DNA of 36,720 nucleotides from Seison nebaliae (Eukaryota): NCBI GenBank assembly GCA_023231475.1, contig JALJEE010003257.1, positions 1 to 36,720 of the forward strand, read 5' to 3'. Shown piece by piece: positions 35,798 to 36,720 of this stretch (position 1 is its first letter; each line of letters starts with the position of its first letter). The notes under the pieces were generated by a model. It saw only the letters and a program-made list of their open reading frames with translations, ran no database searches and was not told where the DNA came from. The position numbers and the translations under genes were made by a program.

Positions 35798-36720
35798 ATG
35801 GCAGCAATGAAACGAATATTTTGTTTATTGCTTGCATTCACTCTATTATTTTCCATTTTAGCTCAGATTCAAAATGGAATAGCCAACTTGGCCTCAAATG
35901 AGAATGAAGATTTGAAGTCAAAAAAGTATCGGACTGTGGCCGAACTTGTAGAAGCAACCGATTCTTTGGGTATTCAATCCAATAAATTTCTGATTACAAA
36001 TGGAAAGTTAAGGAATACATTGGAATTAACAGAACAAAATCAGAAAACATTGACTCGCCAAAAAAAAGGATTATTCAGAAGAAGACGAAGACGACGAAGA
36101 CGAGCAAAACGTCCAAGACCAAGACCAAGACCAAGACCAAGACCAAGACGTCCTGTTAGGAAAAGGAGACGAAGTCGTCGTCGACGTAAACTATTCCGTA
36201 TACGTTTACGGGGAAGGAGACTTCGACGAATTCGATTAAGACTGAGGAGACGAAGAAGACGAAGACGTCGAAGGCGTCCTAGACCACGCCCCCGACCACG
36301 TCCCCGACCACGTCCAAGACCACGTCCTCGACCACGTCCAAGACCACGTCCAAGACCAAGACCACCAATTAGAAGACGAAGAAGACGCCGTAGAAGAAGA
36401 CGACGAAGAAGACGACGAAGAAGACGCCGTAGACGTAGAAGGAGACCAAGGCCGAGACCACGTCCGAGACCACGTCCAAGACCGAGACCTCCAATAAGAA
36501 GACGCCTAAGAAGAAGAATACGTAGAAGAATTCGTCGTAGAATAAGACGAAGAAGAAGGATTCGACGACCAAGGCCGAGACCACGACCACGACCACGACC
36601 ACGTCCAAGACCACGACCACGACCACGTCCAAGACCACGTCCAAGACCACGTCCAAGACCACGTCCAAGACCACGTCCAAGACCACGACCAACACCACGT
36701 CCAAGACCACGACCACGAAC
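35798..36720 (+). CDS. Secreted, extremely cationic Arg/Pro-rich prepro-protein (3'-partial, >307 aa; absent from the ORF track)
   Basis: Open from ATG 35798 to the window end: MAAMKRIFCLLLAFTLLFSILAQIQNGIA (signal peptide-like), ~60-aa pro-region, RQKK|GLFRRRRRRRRRAK(RP)n..., poly-Arg and (RP)n blocks. All six Arg codons and all four Pro codons are used. Confidence 0.85.
   Translation, partial: MAAMKRIFCLLLAFTLLFSILAQIQNGIANLASNENEDLKSKKYRTVAELVEATDSLGIQSNKFLITNGKLRNTLELTEQNQKTLTRQKKGLFRRRRRRRRRAKRPRPRPRPRPRPRRPVRKRRRSRRRRKLFRIRLRGRRLRRIRLRLRRRRRRRRRRRPRPRPRPRPRPRPRPRPRPRPRPRPRPRPPIRRRRRRRRRRRRRRRRRRRRRRRRRPRPRPRPRPRPRPRPPIRRRLRRRIRRRIRRRIRRRRRIRRPRPRPRPRPRPRPRPRPRPRPRPRPRPRPRPRPRPRPRPRPTPRPRPRPR
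36077..36720 (+). repeat. Coding low-complexity repeat: (AGA/CGA/CGT)n and (AGACCA/CGTCCA/CGACCA)n blocks
   Basis: Alternating 3-nt and 6/12-nt periodic blocks, e.g. (ccacgtccaaga)n near 36625-36685. Confidence 0.95.

Noticed and set aside
36369..36716. Minus-strand Val-rich ORF (115 aa)
   Set aside because: Antisense shadow of the Arg/Pro repeat. Synonymous-site variation and the signal peptide support the plus-strand frame.
1..36720. CRISPR arrays, prokaryotic defence systems, rRNA or tRNA genes
   Set aside because: None seen. The window is intron-containing eukaryotic DNA and its repeats are simple microsatellites without spacers.

Overview
AT-rich eukaryotic (animal-type) genomic DNA, not prokaryotic. 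The species cannot be identified from the sequence alone. Contents, left to right: a decayed non-LTR retrotransposon 3' fragment (3-468, +), then seven minus-strand genes. These are a Sec23/24-type Zn-finger + VWA (CPRas1-like, Ras-less) gene; an intronless, catalytically dead calpain-5/6-like gene with a large insertion; a 4-finger C2H2 transcription factor preceded by ~13 kb of microsatellite-rich non-coding DNA; and a tightly packed, operon-like run of CIR1, ECD, PIGQ and POLR3D (83-131 nt between CDSs). At the right end is a plus-strand ORF missing from the ORF track: signal peptide, pro-region, then alternating poly-Arg and (Arg-Pro)n blocks running off the window. Standout observations: (1) this secreted poly-R/poly-RP protein; (2) all 18 hand-modelled coding introns begin GTT rather than GTRAG; (3) operon-like gene packing; (4) Lys at the calpain catalytic Cys position 81, as in mammalian CAPN6. 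All exon models were built by hand and are not transcript-verified.
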